This document shows, in pieces, positions 1 through 9,389 of a stretch of 64,000 nucleotides of DNA. Source of the stretch: Candidatus Latescibacterota bacterium. GTDB taxonomy: Bacteria > Latescibacterota > UBA2968. Position 1 is the first letter of the stretch. Each line of letters opens with the position of its first letter. Both the position numbers and the translations under genes were made by a program. Below the pieces are notes generated by a model. That model searched no databases and was not told the origin of the DNA. It was given only the letters and a program-made list of their open reading frames with translations. Where the stretch lies: NCBI GenBank assembly GCA_965204745.1, contig OZ242010.1, forward strand, positions 3,808,001-3,872,000, given 5' to 3'.

Positions 1-115
1 GACAACCGACAACTGACAACTGACAACTCGGACGGTGGCGGGGTTGCCTCACCTCTCCCGTCTCCCGTCTTACGTCTCACCGAAGGGGGTTGGGCGATGC
101 GGACTAACAACTGAC
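1..115. repeat. ~115-bp composite repeat (GACAACT heptamers + GC-rich core), direct copy at ~1260-1375
   Basis: gacaactcggRcggtggcggggtYgcctcacctctc...acgtctcaccgaagggg occurs on both sides of the 118-1143 gene. Confidence 0.85.
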
Positions 116-117
116 CG

Positions 118-1143
118 TCAATCCCGAATCGAAACCTCGCCGCCGCTCAACTCTTTCACCTTAACGGGCGTCGCGCCGCCGCGGACCACGATAGCACCGC
201 CGGAACTGGCATAGGCTGTGACGGTCTCCGTCAACCGCACGACGACATCGGCACCACTGGTCGCTCGCAAGTCGCCGCGCTGACACGTCAGACCGTTCGC
301 ATCCACGTCCCCACTGCTACTCGCCTCAACGTCCAACTCGCCGCACGTTCCAGACACAGTCACATCCCCACTGCTGGTCGCTTTCACAGACACATCGCCG
401 CCGGAAACTTTGGCTTCGATATCCCCAGAGGACGACGCACGCAAATTGCTGTGCTGACACGTCAGGCCATCGGCCTTTACATCCCCACTGCTACTCGCCT
501 TAACATCCAACTTGTCGCACGTTCCAGACGCGGTCACATCCCCACTGCTGGTCGCCTCGACATCCAATTTGCCATAAGTCCCGGATACGGTCACATCCCC
601 ACTGCTGTCCGCATCCACGGACACATCGCCGCCGGTGACTTCGGCGTTGACATTCGCAGAGGACGACGCACGGATGGCGAGTTTTTCGGTTTCAATCCCC
701 TTTGCCGTGACCCTGCTGTTGACAGACGCGCCGAGATGCTCAATGCGGGGCATTGTGACGCGCACCGTGTACGTGGGCACGCGCTCGCCATCTATCAAAA
801 CAACGCGCTGACCATCTTTGCGCTGGACCCGAATAGTTTTGTGCTTCCACACCTCTTCGGGCCGCGTCGCAATGAGCACACCATCTGCCACCTCGATCTC
901 CAAACCGCTGAAATCCCCAGCCTCGGTATGGGCCACCACGCTGAACGCATCGCCCTGCGCGAGTTCGACATCAACCGCAACACTGGCGCGCACCTTGGTA
1001 AAACCGCTCAAATCGTACACCTTGGACTCGGCATGCCCATCGACCGTCGGGCCGCCCACGAGTGTTGCCATCATCAAAACGCCAAGGCCCCATCGCGGAA
1101 ATCGCGCGAGCCTGCGAACGGGTTTGCTATCTCGATTTTTCAT
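118..1143 (-). CDS. Secreted GIN/DUF2807 (toastrack-like beta-solenoid) protein
   Basis: Signal-peptide-like N-terminus, VTMPRIEHL motif, repeated (L/V)xVxA(S/T)SSGDV beta-helix turns; last gene of the pspA operon. Confidence 0.8.
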   Translation of the reverse strand: MKNRDSKPVRRLARFPRWGLGVLMMATLVGGPTVDGHAESKVYDLSGFTKVRASVAVDVELAQGDAFSVVAHTEAGDFSGLEIEVADGVLIATRPEEVWKHKTIRVQRKDGQRVVLIDGERVPTYTVRVTMPRIEHLGASVNSRVTAKGIETEKLAIRASSSANVNAEVTGGDVSVDADSSGDVTVSGTYGKLDVEATSSGDVTASGTCDKLDVKASSSGDVKADGLTCQHSNLRASSSGDIEAKVSGGDVSVKATSSGDVTVSGTCGELDVEASSSGDVDANGLTCQRGDLRATSGADVVVRLTETVTAYASSGGAIVVRGGATPVKVKELSGGEVSIRD

Positions 1144-1360
1144 GTTGAACCTCCTCCTAATTTTTGGACGGGCATGCTTTAATTCATTGGGCCTGTCCCT
1201 ACGATTGATTGCTGACCGCTAACCGCTGACCGCTTGGGGGCTGAAGGGCGGTGCGGACTGACAACTGACAACTGACTACTGACAACTCGGGCGGTGGCGG
1301 GGTCGCCTCACCTCTCACCTCTCACCTCTTACGTCTCACCGAAGGGGTTGGGCGGTGCGG

Positions 1361-1450
1361 ACTGACAACTGACAACTGACAACTGACAACTGACAACTGA
1401 CAACTGACAACTGACAACTGACAACTGACAACTGACAACTGACAACTGAC
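1361..1450. repeat. Heptamer tandem repeat (ACTGACA), about 12-13 copies
   Basis: Read directly; shorter arrays of the same unit at 7578-7612 and 27050-27087 (reverse) and 47726-47743. Confidence 0.95.
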
Positions 1451-1452
1451 CC

Positions 1453-1623
1453 TCAATCCCTCCTGATCAACCGATAGCCCACCGCGATGACGCCGATGAA
1501 AATGGCGAGTGTGAGCAGGAGAAAGATCATCTTAAACATAGAGCCGATAAGCGGGAGGAGAAGATAGAGGGCGATAACGCCGCCGATGACGATGAGCAAG
1601 AGACCGATGAGTTTTGCAAACAT
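1453..1623 (-). CDS. 56-aa two-TM small membrane protein (absent from the ORF track)
   Basis: Manual translation MFAKLIGLLLIVIGGVIALYLLLPLIGSMFKMIFLLLTLAIFIGVIAVGYRLIRRD*, preceded by an AAAGGA RBS. Confidence 0.8.
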   Translation of the reverse strand: MFAKLIGLLLIVIGGVIALYLLLPLIGSMFKMIFLLLTLAIFIGVIAVGYRLIRRD

Positions 1624-1638
1624 GGGGTGTCCTTTCTG

Positions 1639-1977
1639 CTAATCCCGAATGATCTTCGGGTCTATTGGCGTGACGAGGGTTTCCCGTTCGAGACGCTTGA
1701 TTTTTTCATCGTTGGCAAGCACGATGTCTTGAAGGTCTCTAAGGCGTGTCTCGCATTCTGACAGGCGTTTGGATTGTTTTGCCGAATCTGCATTTTTTTT
1801 CCCCTTGGACACGGGCGGTTCGCCTTGTTGGACAATGGCGAGAACCGTGATTGTGACCCAAGCAGCCACCAAGATGCAACCGCCGCCAAATGTCGGCCCG
1901 TCGAGAACATAAGCAATCGTGCCGCTTGCGAGAATAATCAAACTGATGCCAGTGATGATCCCAAAAAAGATACGCAT
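1639..1977 (-). CDS. Two-TM + coiled-coil protein (PspB-like accessory)
   Basis: Hydrophobic N-half; C-terminal RLSECETRLRDLQDIVLANDEKI resembles the tail of the neighbouring 65-aa protein; GGAGG RBS. Confidence 0.65.
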   Translation of the reverse strand: MRIFFGIITGISLIILASGTIAYVLDGPTFGGGCILVAAWVTITVLAIVQQGEPPVSKGKKNADSAKQSKRLSECETRLRDLQDIVLANDEKIKRLERETLVTPIDPKIIRD

Positions 1978-1988
1978 GGTGTCCTCCC

Positions 1989-2186
1989 TTATTTTTTGCT
2001 GAGTTTTTCGTCGATGGCGATCATGACATCTTGAATGTCCGTCAGCCTGCGTTCGAGTTCGTCCATTCTTGCGGACAGCCGCGCTTCCGCGTCGCTGGGG
2101 ATGGTGCCCTTGCCGCGCCTGTCGACGTATTTGTGGACCGCAGATGCGAGAATGATGATCGCAACCATGATGCCAATTTCAAACAT
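1989..2186 (-). CDS. Single-TM coiled-coil protein (PspB-like)
   Basis: N-terminal TM then RLSARMDELERRLTDIQDVMIAIDEKL; AGGAGG RBS; in the pspA operon. Confidence 0.7.
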   Translation of the reverse strand: MFEIGIMVAIIILASAVHKYVDRRGKGTIPSDAEARLSARMDELERRLTDIQDVMIAIDEKLSKK

Positions 2187-2212
2187 GATTTTGCCCTCCC
2201 TCCTGTTGCCGA

Positions 2213-2863
2213 TTAAAGTTCATCCACGGGCCTTGCCCAGTGTTTTTCATCCCAGCGTTCGATTTCCAAGAAGTGGTACACGACCAGCCCTGACTCGGAG
2301 ATTCGCATTTCCGCGTGACCGCTCAAGACCAATTCGCGCAGAAGTTCCTCGGTTTTTTCAACCGTGATTTTGCTCTCTGTCGCCGCTTCTATCACCGTGA
2401 GACTGCCCCCTTTTTCCCTGGCCAGACGCAGGATGCGAAGTTGGTTTTTGGCGCGTGCTTTCTCGTCTGCGGATCGCTTGATGCGGCGACCTGCCCAATA
2501 GGTGAACTGCGCCATGACCATCAGCACGAGGCCGATGCTGACGGGTTCGAGCATTGCGGAAGTTGTGCCATTTGCCCAAGGCCGGTGTTCGGTCAATGAA
2601 TACAGCACGAGCATGAGGCCGCTAAACCCTTGCAGCGCGGCCATTCCGATAAAACCATAAGCAAAGAGATAACGCATGACACAACTCCCATCCGTGGCGA
2701 GATCAGAGAGGCGGTCGGGCACGCGCTTGAACGGATGGGTCGCGCTGTGAACGAGCACCTCCCATTGCCCGTTCCACCTGTTTTTCACTTTTTGCTCGAC
2801 CCCGTTGACCGCGCGGTCAATTTTGCGGGCGATTTCGTCGGCGAGTTTTTCCAGATCACGCAT
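2213..2863 (-). CDS. Two-TM membrane protein with C-terminal winged-helix-like domain
   Basis: Two hydrophobic helices then ILRLAREKGGSLTVIEAA...LRELVLSGHAEMRISESGLVVYHF; overlaps the pspA stop. Confidence 0.7.
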   Translation of the reverse strand: MRDLEKLADEIARKIDRAVNGVEQKVKNRWNGQWEVLVHSATHPFKRVPDRLSDLATDGSCVMRYLFAYGFIGMAALQGFSGLMLVLYSLTEHRPWANGTTSAMLEPVSIGLVLMVMAQFTYWAGRRIKRSADEKARAKNQLRILRLAREKGGSLTVIEAATESKITVEKTEELLRELVLSGHAEMRISESGLVVYHFLEIERWDEKHWARPVDEL

Positions 2864-3533
2864 CTTTTTGTCCCAATTTCTGTTTCAGCGCGTCGAGTTC
2901 GTCTTCAACCGCGTTTTTGCGCTCGAGTCGGGAAAATTCTTCTTCCAGCGAGGGATCGGAATCGGCCATGGCCTGATGCGCTTCGGCCTCGGCTTCTTCG
3001 GTTTCGATGCGCTGGCGGAACCGGTCAAAGCTCGAAAACGCGTCGTCGCCCACGCCCGAGAGGCCCTTGGCGATTTGCTTGCGCGCTTCGGCTGCGCGGC
3101 GGCGGGCAATCAGCGCGCCTTGGCGGGTGCGCGCTTCGTCGAGTTTGGCTTTGAGTTGGGTGAGTTGTTGCTTGAGTTGGGCAGAGGTTTTTTGGCTTTC
3201 TTCCAAAGCCGCTTCGAGGTCGCGGGCCGCTTCTTGCGTTGCGGCTTTGCGCTCGAGGGCGCGACGGGCCAGGTCGTCTGCGCCGGCTTCAACGGCCAAT
3301 TCGGCCTTTTTTTGCCACGCTTCGATCTGATCTTGCTTTTCGATGTGCTGTCTCTCCAAGCGTTTTTCATTGGCAACCGCCGTGCCGACCGAGGCCGTGG
3401 CTTTGTTGACGGCTTCTTCCATTTCCAAGATCATCTGCCGGATCATCTTCTCCGGGTCTTCTGCCCGGGTGATGAGGTCGTTGACATTGGCCTTGACGAT
3501 GTCGGCCATTCTCGAAAAAATTCCGCGTGCCAT
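2856..3533 (-). CDS. pspA: PspA/IM30 (ESCRT-III-like) phage shock protein A
   Basis: GIFSRMADIVKANVNDLITRAEDPEKMIRQMILEME N-terminus, long coiled coil, VEDELDALK tail. Confidence 0.93.
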   Translation of the reverse strand: MARGIFSRMADIVKANVNDLITRAEDPEKMIRQMILEMEEAVNKATASVGTAVANEKRLERQHIEKQDQIEAWQKKAELAVEAGADDLARRALERKAATQEAARDLEAALEESQKTSAQLKQQLTQLKAKLDEARTRQGALIARRRAAEARKQIAKGLSGVGDDAFSSFDRFRQRIETEEAEAEAHQAMADSDPSLEEEFSRLERKNAVEDELDALKQKLGQKDA

Positions 3534-3591
3534 GTTCTGCTCCTTTCGTTGGGACTTGGGGAATGTGGGTTTAATCTGACGCCCTTTTAAC

Positions 3592-3606
3592 GCAAGGCGC
3601 GTGCCA
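3592..3606 (-). promoter_or_regulatory. Sigma54 -24/-12 promoter of pspA
   Basis: Minus strand reads TGGCAC-GCGCC-TTGC, matching the TGGCAC-N5-TTGC consensus, ~60 bp upstream of the pspA ATG. Confidence 0.85.
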
Positions 3607-4089
3607 AAGTTGCGCGTTCTGCATTACGCCCTGTTTTTCAACCAGATAGATATTTTGTGCCCATGAGACGGGCAAAGCCATTTGGCAAATATTGCCATGC
3701 GCGCTGGCGGGATTGACCAAAAATCAGTGGTCAGTTTCCACCCCGCACAACCCCCTTCGGTGAGAGGTAAGACAGGAGAGGTAAGAGGGTTGGTCAGTCC
3801 CAGTTTATCCTCAAGTGGTCAGTGGTCAGTGGTCAGTCCTCCGTTGCTCCAAATCAGTACAAACTCAGCGGTATCCCCCCGTTTCGCAGATGAACTGCTA
3901 TGCAGTTGTACCCCGATTCATGATGAGCGGTATTCTCGCAAGTCATTCCTTGTCTTTTTTACGCAAAAGGTCTATTATCTGCGCTACCTTGTTGATCGGA
4001 CAATCGCCGCTGAAAGATGGCTTCTCGAGAGCCACCCTCTGCTTCAGCAAGGGGAGTACGTCACCCAACACCACACACTGGAGGTCGAT

Positions 4090-5127
4090 ATGTACATCGG
4101 AACACAGACCAGTTGTCGGAACGAAACGGACATTGAGGTTCTCGCGCAACTCGGGGTGTTTAACGTGGATCAAACGCCGAGCGGGCCGTGGGCGGACTGG
4201 ACGACCGATACGATCAAATCCCTGCGCGACCAGTTCGACAAGTACGGCATCAATGTCGAAATGATGCAGTTGAGCCGTTGCTCGCTCGGCGCTTGCCAAG
4301 GCACAAAAGGCATGCGCGGCATAGTTCCCTTGGGCTCGCAAAGCGCGTTCAAAAATGAGGCCGGCGCGATTTTCCTGGGGCCCAGCGACGCACGCGACCG
4401 CGCATTGGATCGCATGTGCGAGACAATCAGAATGGCCGCAGAAGCGGGCCTGCGCGGGCTGAATTACAACATCACCATCTTGGGACACCTCCGCACAGAA
4501 GCGCGATACGGCCGCGGACACGCACGGCTGTCGTCGTTTGAATACGACAAATTGGACCAATCCCTAGGCATGTTTGAGGGCGGGCCGGCAGACGAGGACG
4601 AGATGTGGGAACGCATTGACCACTGGCTGCAGTGCATCATCCCAGTGGCCGAGGAGTACAAAATTCAGATGGCCTGTCACCCCTCTGACCCGGGCATCGG
4701 ATACGGCACGACGTATCGGGGAGTCGCGCGCGTGCTCGGCATGGTGGATGGCTTCAAGAAGCTCGTCGACCTGTACGACAGCCCGTACAACGGCCTGAAC
4801 TTCTGCTTGGGTTGCATGGCCGAGAGCCTCGAAAATCCCGCGGAAGAGATCTATGACGTGATCCGGTATTTTGGATCGCGCAAGAAAATTTTCAATGTCC
4901 ACTTCCGCAACATCAAGGGCGGGCTCCGCAATTTCGTCGAAGTGTTCCCAGACGAGGGCGACGTGAACATGCTCAAAGCCCTGCGGACATTTAAAGAAGT
5001 CGGGTACGAATACATGATCATGCCCGACCATGTCCCGGGCATCTCCGGCCCCGAAGCCAGACAGGTCGGCTTTGCCTATACGTACGGGTACATCCACGCG
5101 CTGTTGCAGGCGGTTCATGAGCGTTAG
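4090..5127 (+). CDS. Mannonate dehydratase (UxuA)-like TIM-barrel enzyme
   Basis: MACHPSDP, GLNFCLG, NVHFRN, MPDHVP motifs; start taken at the ATG after GGAGG, not at 3682. Confidence 0.85.
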   Translation: MYIGTQTSCRNETDIEVLAQLGVFNVDQTPSGPWADWTTDTIKSLRDQFDKYGINVEMMQLSRCSLGACQGTKGMRGIVPLGSQSAFKNEAGAIFLGPSDARDRALDRMCETIRMAAEAGLRGLNYNITILGHLRTEARYGRGHARLSSFEYDKLDQSLGMFEGGPADEDEMWERIDHWLQCIIPVAEEYKIQMACHPSDPGIGYGTTYRGVARVLGMVDGFKKLVDLYDSPYNGLNFCLGCMAESLENPAEEIYDVIRYFGSRKKIFNVHFRNIKGGLRNFVEVFPDEGDVNMLKALRTFKEVGYEYMIMPDHVPGISGPEARQVGFAYTYGYIHALLQAVHER

Positions 5128-5238
5128 AGACCTACCCCCCTTCCTTCCCTCACAGGCACAGGCGTAGCCTACAACGAAGCGTAGCGAGTAACGGGAGCCA
5201 GGGGGGTAGGTCCCTCAGCTTCTTAATTTTTCTTGGTA

Positions 5239-6417
5239 TCAAGCGGTTTTTTGAAGAGCGAGTTCGCGGGCGAGCAAACGCTCGAGGGTGGGGTTGATGT
5301 GATAGAAGTCGCGTAGGGCGCGATACGCTTGAACAGCGGTTTGATCGCCTGTTCGGGAGGTTTTTGTTGCGCGGATGAGGAGGTTCTTGGGCGTGTGTTT
5401 GGAGTCGATAAATTCCATGACTTCGGCGCGATAGCCCACGATGCGGAGGAGTTGTGCGCGGCAGGCGTCTGTGAGGATGTCCGCGGTGCGGTTCTTGAGA
5501 ATGCCGTGTGCCATCACTGGCGCGAAAACAGACGCGCTGAGTTGTTCGCGCAGTTCGCGTTGGCAACAAGGCGCGGCGAGGATGACCGCACTGCGCCACT
5601 GCACGGCGCGGGCGATGGCGTCGTCGGTTGCGGTGTCGCAGGCGTGCAAGCTAAACACAATGTCGGGCCGCGCTCGCGGTGTGAAGGCGGCGATGCTGGC
5701 TTTGCAAAACGCGATGTCTGTCCAGCCGAGGGTGTGGGCTAAGGCGCGGCATTTGGCGATGAGGGAGGGGTTGTGGTCGATGCCGATGAGGCGTGCGGGG
5801 ATGTGCTGGATGTGGTTCAAGTAGTGATACGCCGCAAACGTGAGATACGCACTGCCGCAACCGCAGTCGATGAGCGTAAGCGGGCGGTTCGATTTTGGAA
5901 TGACGGGATGTAAGTGGTCGAGAAACGCATTGATCTGCTTGAACTTGTCGCGCCTGGATGTGCGGACGCGGCCCTCGGCATCCATAATCCCGAGGCCCTG
6001 CAAAAAGGCGTCTGGCCGATTGTCCGGCAAGGGGTGGTGCTTGACGCGATTGTGCGACAGCGCGGGTTGGACATTGGGCCGCGAGGGGTTTGCGCGTTTG
6101 AACAATGCCCTGCCTTTTTTGGTGATGCGAATGTGGAGGTCTTCGCGCCTGGTTTGCACATGGATTTGCGCGAAGGGCAAGGCCAAGACCTCGTTGAGCG
6201 CGGCAGGTGCCGCTACCATCGGGACGTTTTCCGCGAGGGCTTGCACTTGGCTAAACCGCGCGATCTGGAGGTGGGGCATGCCTTTGATCGCGACAGGGCG
6301 AACCGCGATTTTGCGCCAAGCCGTGCCCGCACGCGGCTGGCTGAGGGTCAGCTTGAGAAAGGTCTTCGCGCTTGAGACCGCGTTGAGGACGGCGGTTTTG
6401 TAATCTGTGGTGGACAT
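5239..6417 (-). CDS. SAM-dependent methyltransferase (Methyltransf_32-like)
   Basis: DCGCGSAYLTF, SLHACDTATD, APCC, HTPKN motifs. Confidence 0.88.
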   Translation of the reverse strand: MSTTDYKTAVLNAVSSAKTFLKLTLSQPRAGTAWRKIAVRPVAIKGMPHLQIARFSQVQALAENVPMVAAPAALNEVLALPFAQIHVQTRREDLHIRITKKGRALFKRANPSRPNVQPALSHNRVKHHPLPDNRPDAFLQGLGIMDAEGRVRTSRRDKFKQINAFLDHLHPVIPKSNRPLTLIDCGCGSAYLTFAAYHYLNHIQHIPARLIGIDHNPSLIAKCRALAHTLGWTDIAFCKASIAAFTPRARPDIVFSLHACDTATDDAIARAVQWRSAVILAAPCCQRELREQLSASVFAPVMAHGILKNRTADILTDACRAQLLRIVGYRAEVMEFIDSKHTPKNLLIRATKTSRTGDQTAVQAYRALRDFYHINPTLERLLARELALQKTA

Positions 6418-6422
6418 AATTG

Positions 6423-7550
6423 CTACACCGCATACGCGATGGATCCATCCGCACGCAGAGGGGTTTGGACCTTGGTCAAGGGCGCGAAGGGCGCGTCCGG
6501 GATTTTGGCGTCGTGGAGTTCAACGCCAATGCCGGGGGCTTCGGGAAGGGGAATATATCCGCCTTCGCGTTTGTGCGCGCATTTGTAAATCGCGTTGTGC
6601 TCGCGTTCGTCGTTTTTGGAATATTCCTGCGTGATGAAGTTGGGAATGCTGGCGTCGAGGTGAACCGATGCGGCGGTGCCCAAGGGGCTGAGAAAATTGT
6701 GCGTGACCACCGCGCAGTGATGGGATTCGGCGATGGCAGCGATTTTTTTGCAGTGGGTCAGGCCGCCTGCCAACGCCACGTCCGGGCGCACGTATTGCGG
6801 GCCGCCGCGCTCTAGGAGTTCCCGAAATTCCCAGATGGTGGTGAACCGCTCGCCATTGCCCAAGGGAACGGGCATGCGTTTGGCAATGTCCGCCTGCGTG
6901 GTGATGGTGTCGATCTGAATGGGGTCTTCCATAAAGTAGAGGTGATAGGGCGTCAAAGCATTGCCCAACGCGACGGCGACCATTGGGGTGAGTTTGCGGT
7001 GGACTTCCACGATGAGATCCACATCGGGGCCGGCGCCCTCGCGGGCAGCAGCGACAATGTCGACGGCGTTCTGGATGAGGCGCGCTTGCGCTTGGTTCTG
7101 ATAGCCACCCGTGAGCGGATCGAATTTGATCGCGGTAAAACCCTCGGCAACCGCGGCTTTGGCGTTTTCGTACATCGCTTCCGGCGTGGGGCCGCCAGCG
7201 AGCAAGTGCAGGCGGATTTTGTCCCGGCAGTTGCCGCCGAGCAATTCCCAAACGGGCACCTGAAAGTGCTTGCCTTTGATGTCGTAGAGGGCGATGTCGA
7301 TGGCACTGACCGCGCCGCAAAGCATTGTGCCGCGAAACGGGGCCATGCGGTAGAGGTGTTGCCAATGGTGTTCGATACGCAGTGGATTTTGTCCGATGAG
7401 GTATTCTCTAAAAACGGCAACCACGCGCTCGACCGCTTCGGGATAGCCCCAACAGGCCGAGGTGCCGATGCCGGAAATGCCGCTGTCGGTGGTGAGACGC
7501 ACGACGTAGCTGTTGCCGAGGAGGAAGTGTTCGAGTTGGTCAATTTTCAT
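6423..7550 (-). CDS. Enolase-superfamily galactonate dehydratase-like enzyme (MR/MLE family)
   Basis: SAIDIALYDIKGK, AIKFD, FMEDP, GNGER, RPD motifs. Confidence 0.88.
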   Translation of the reverse strand: MKIDQLEHFLLGNSYVVRLTTDSGISGIGTSACWGYPEAVERVVAVFREYLIGQNPLRIEHHWQHLYRMAPFRGTMLCGAVSAIDIALYDIKGKHFQVPVWELLGGNCRDKIRLHLLAGGPTPEAMYENAKAAVAEGFTAIKFDPLTGGYQNQAQARLIQNAVDIVAAAREGAGPDVDLIVEVHRKLTPMVAVALGNALTPYHLYFMEDPIQIDTITTQADIAKRMPVPLGNGERFTTIWEFRELLERGGPQYVRPDVALAGGLTHCKKIAAIAESHHCAVVTHNFLSPLGTAASVHLDASIPNFITQEYSKNDEREHNAIYKCAHKREGGYIPLPEAPGIGVELHDAKIPDAPFAPLTKVQTPLRADGSIAYAV

Positions 7551-7647
7551 GATCGGTCTCCAAAGGTGAGATGGAAGTTGTCAGTTGTCAGTTGTCAGTT
7601 GTCAGTTGTCAGTCCCCACCCGACCACCCAACCTGAAGTGAGACACG

Positions 7648-7742
7648 AGCGGGGTACAACTGGCGACAGACCGTTCAAAGGCGATTAGCCACAAAAGGCA
7701 CAAAAGGCACGAGCGGGGTACAACTGGCGATAGCCCGTTCAA
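7648..7742. repeat. Two copies of the gcggggtacaactggcgaYagccgttcaaa repeat family
   Basis: Further copies at ~40467-40497 and, reversed, ~51590-51622. Confidence 0.8.
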
Positions 7743-7874
7743 AAGCGATCAGTGAGTGTAGGTCTTCTCCCGTCTTGCCTCTCTCCTCTCACCTTTTTGG
7801 GCGATGCCCGTGCGTTGGAATGCGTATATTACGCGATGAAATTGCAATAAGCAACCAAATACGAGGAGGGCGAG

Positions 7875-8633
7875 ATGCCGAATTTGCGGTTTGCAAAAAA
7901 AAAGGAGCGGCGGGTGGCACTGATTACCGGCGGTGCGCGGGGCATTGGCGGGGCAACGGCCCTGCGAATTGCAGCGGAAGGACGCGATGTAGTCATCGCC
8001 GATGTGTTGGCAGATGAGGGCGCAGAGACGGTTGCAAAAATTGAAGCGGTGGGCCAGCGCACCCTGTTCGTCAAGACCGATGTGACAGACGAGACTGCGG
8101 TTCAGGCGTGCGTGGCGCGAACAGTGGAGGCGTTTGGGCGGTTGGATATTTTGGTGTGTTGCGCCGGCATTTTGGGATGGGAGAAGCCATTTTCTGAGCA
8201 ACCCGTGGCGCAGTTTGATCGGGTGATGCGGATCAATGTGTACGGGGTGTATCACTTTCATCAGGCCGCGATTCCCCACATGCTCAACCGGGGATGGGGA
8301 CGCTGCGTGACCATCACATCGGGGGCGCGCAATGGCAGTCCGAATCAGGTGCCGTATTCCGTGTCCAAAGGCGCGGTGTATTCCTTCATCGGCGCGTTGG
8401 GCAACGCCTATTGCAAGGACGGGGTGTTCGTCAATGGCGTGGAACCCGGGCGTGCGTTGACGGAGATGGTCATACCGAGGTTTTCGCCCGAGTATATCGC
8501 CAATCCCCCCGGTCAGGCGATGGGGCGATACTCGGACCCGGAGGAGGTCGCCGAGGTGATCGAGTTTTTGTGTTCCGAGCGCAATACCTATACGTCGGGA
8601 TCCGTGTGGAGTGTGAAGGGCGGGAGGGGGTAG
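7875..8633 (+). CDS. Short-chain dehydrogenase/reductase (SDR)
   Basis: TGGARGIG Rossmann motif, YSVSK catalytic motif. Confidence 0.92.
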   Translation: MPNLRFAKKKERRVALITGGARGIGGATALRIAAEGRDVVIADVLADEGAETVAKIEAVGQRTLFVKTDVTDETAVQACVARTVEAFGRLDILVCCAGILGWEKPFSEQPVAQFDRVMRINVYGVYHFHQAAIPHMLNRGWGRCVTITSGARNGSPNQVPYSVSKGAVYSFIGALGNAYCKDGVFVNGVEPGRALTEMVIPRFSPEYIANPPGQAMGRYSDPEEVAEVIEFLCSERNTYTSGSVWSVKGGRG

Positions 8634-8675
8634 GGAAAACCAAAGCGGATTACCCCACACATCCCTACCGCCATA

Positions 8676-9108
8676 GACCTATCCCCCGGCCCCTTTCCTA
8701 CGAGGAAAGGGGAGTAGAGTTCCTTTGATGGCTTATATCTATGCTTGTTCTGATGGCTTTACACGAATGGATCGCGCCATAGAAACCCAATCTCGCACAA
8801 ATCCCTCGCAAGACCCATCGCCATTCCCCCTTCCTTCCTCGTAGGAAGGGGGCTAGGGGGTAGGTCCCACCTCGCAAAACCTATCCCCCCGGCCCCCGTT
8901 ATTCGCTTCGCTCATTGTAGGCTACGCCTGTGCCTACAAGGAAAGGGGGAGCGCATGGCTTTCTGAAAGGTTTATATCCCCTGGCTGTTTTGATGGCTTT
9001 GAGCGAATGGATCAATGAACCCCAAAAAACCTCTCGCCATTCCCTCGGAAAACCTCTCGCCATTCCCCCCTTCCTCGCAGGAAGGGGGGTTAGGGGGGTA
9101 GGTCCCAA
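8676..9108. repeat. Cluster of palindromic REP/BIME-like units (CCCCCTTTCCT-N3-AGGAAAGGGGG plus ~100-bp linker)
   Basis: Same family at 5128-5215, 15338-15710 and 43432-44052. Confidence 0.85.
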
Positions 9109-9188
9109 AAAGTAACGCCCGAGTTCACTGTGAACCCGGGCGTTACTTTTTTTCCATCGTATGCGTGCCCTTTCGCGTCTTTCGTCGT

Positions 9189-9389
9189 TCAACCTGATGA
9201 GCCAAAGTCGGCGGTGAAGATGAGGAAATCGTCGAATCCAATTTGACCATCGCCATTGAGATCGCACCGGGGGTCATATCGCTCCTGACCGAGGCGCGAG
9301 CCGAACTTGCTGGCAAAGGTCAAGAAGTCGGCGAAATTCACATCGCCATCGCCATCGCTGTCTGTGGCGGTCAGAGAACAGGCTTTCAT
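9189..9389 (-). CDS. Small EF-hand/dockerin-like protein or orphaned C-terminal domain
   Basis: DSDGDGDVNFADFLTF and DLNGDGQIGFDDFLIF paired Ca-binding loops; ATGA overlap with the upstream gene. Confidence 0.55.
   Translation of the reverse strand: MKACSLTATDSDGDGDVNFADFLTFASKFGSRLGQERYDPRCDLNGDGQIGFDDFLIFTADFGSSG

Noticed and set aside
1361-1450. Heptamer arrays and REP clusters as CRISPR
   Set aside because: No unique spacers and no cas genes; these are simple tandem or dispersed repeats.
3682-4089. N-terminal extension of the UxuA-like ORF
   Set aside because: Runs through repeats and promoter DNA; the RBS and family start lie at 4090.
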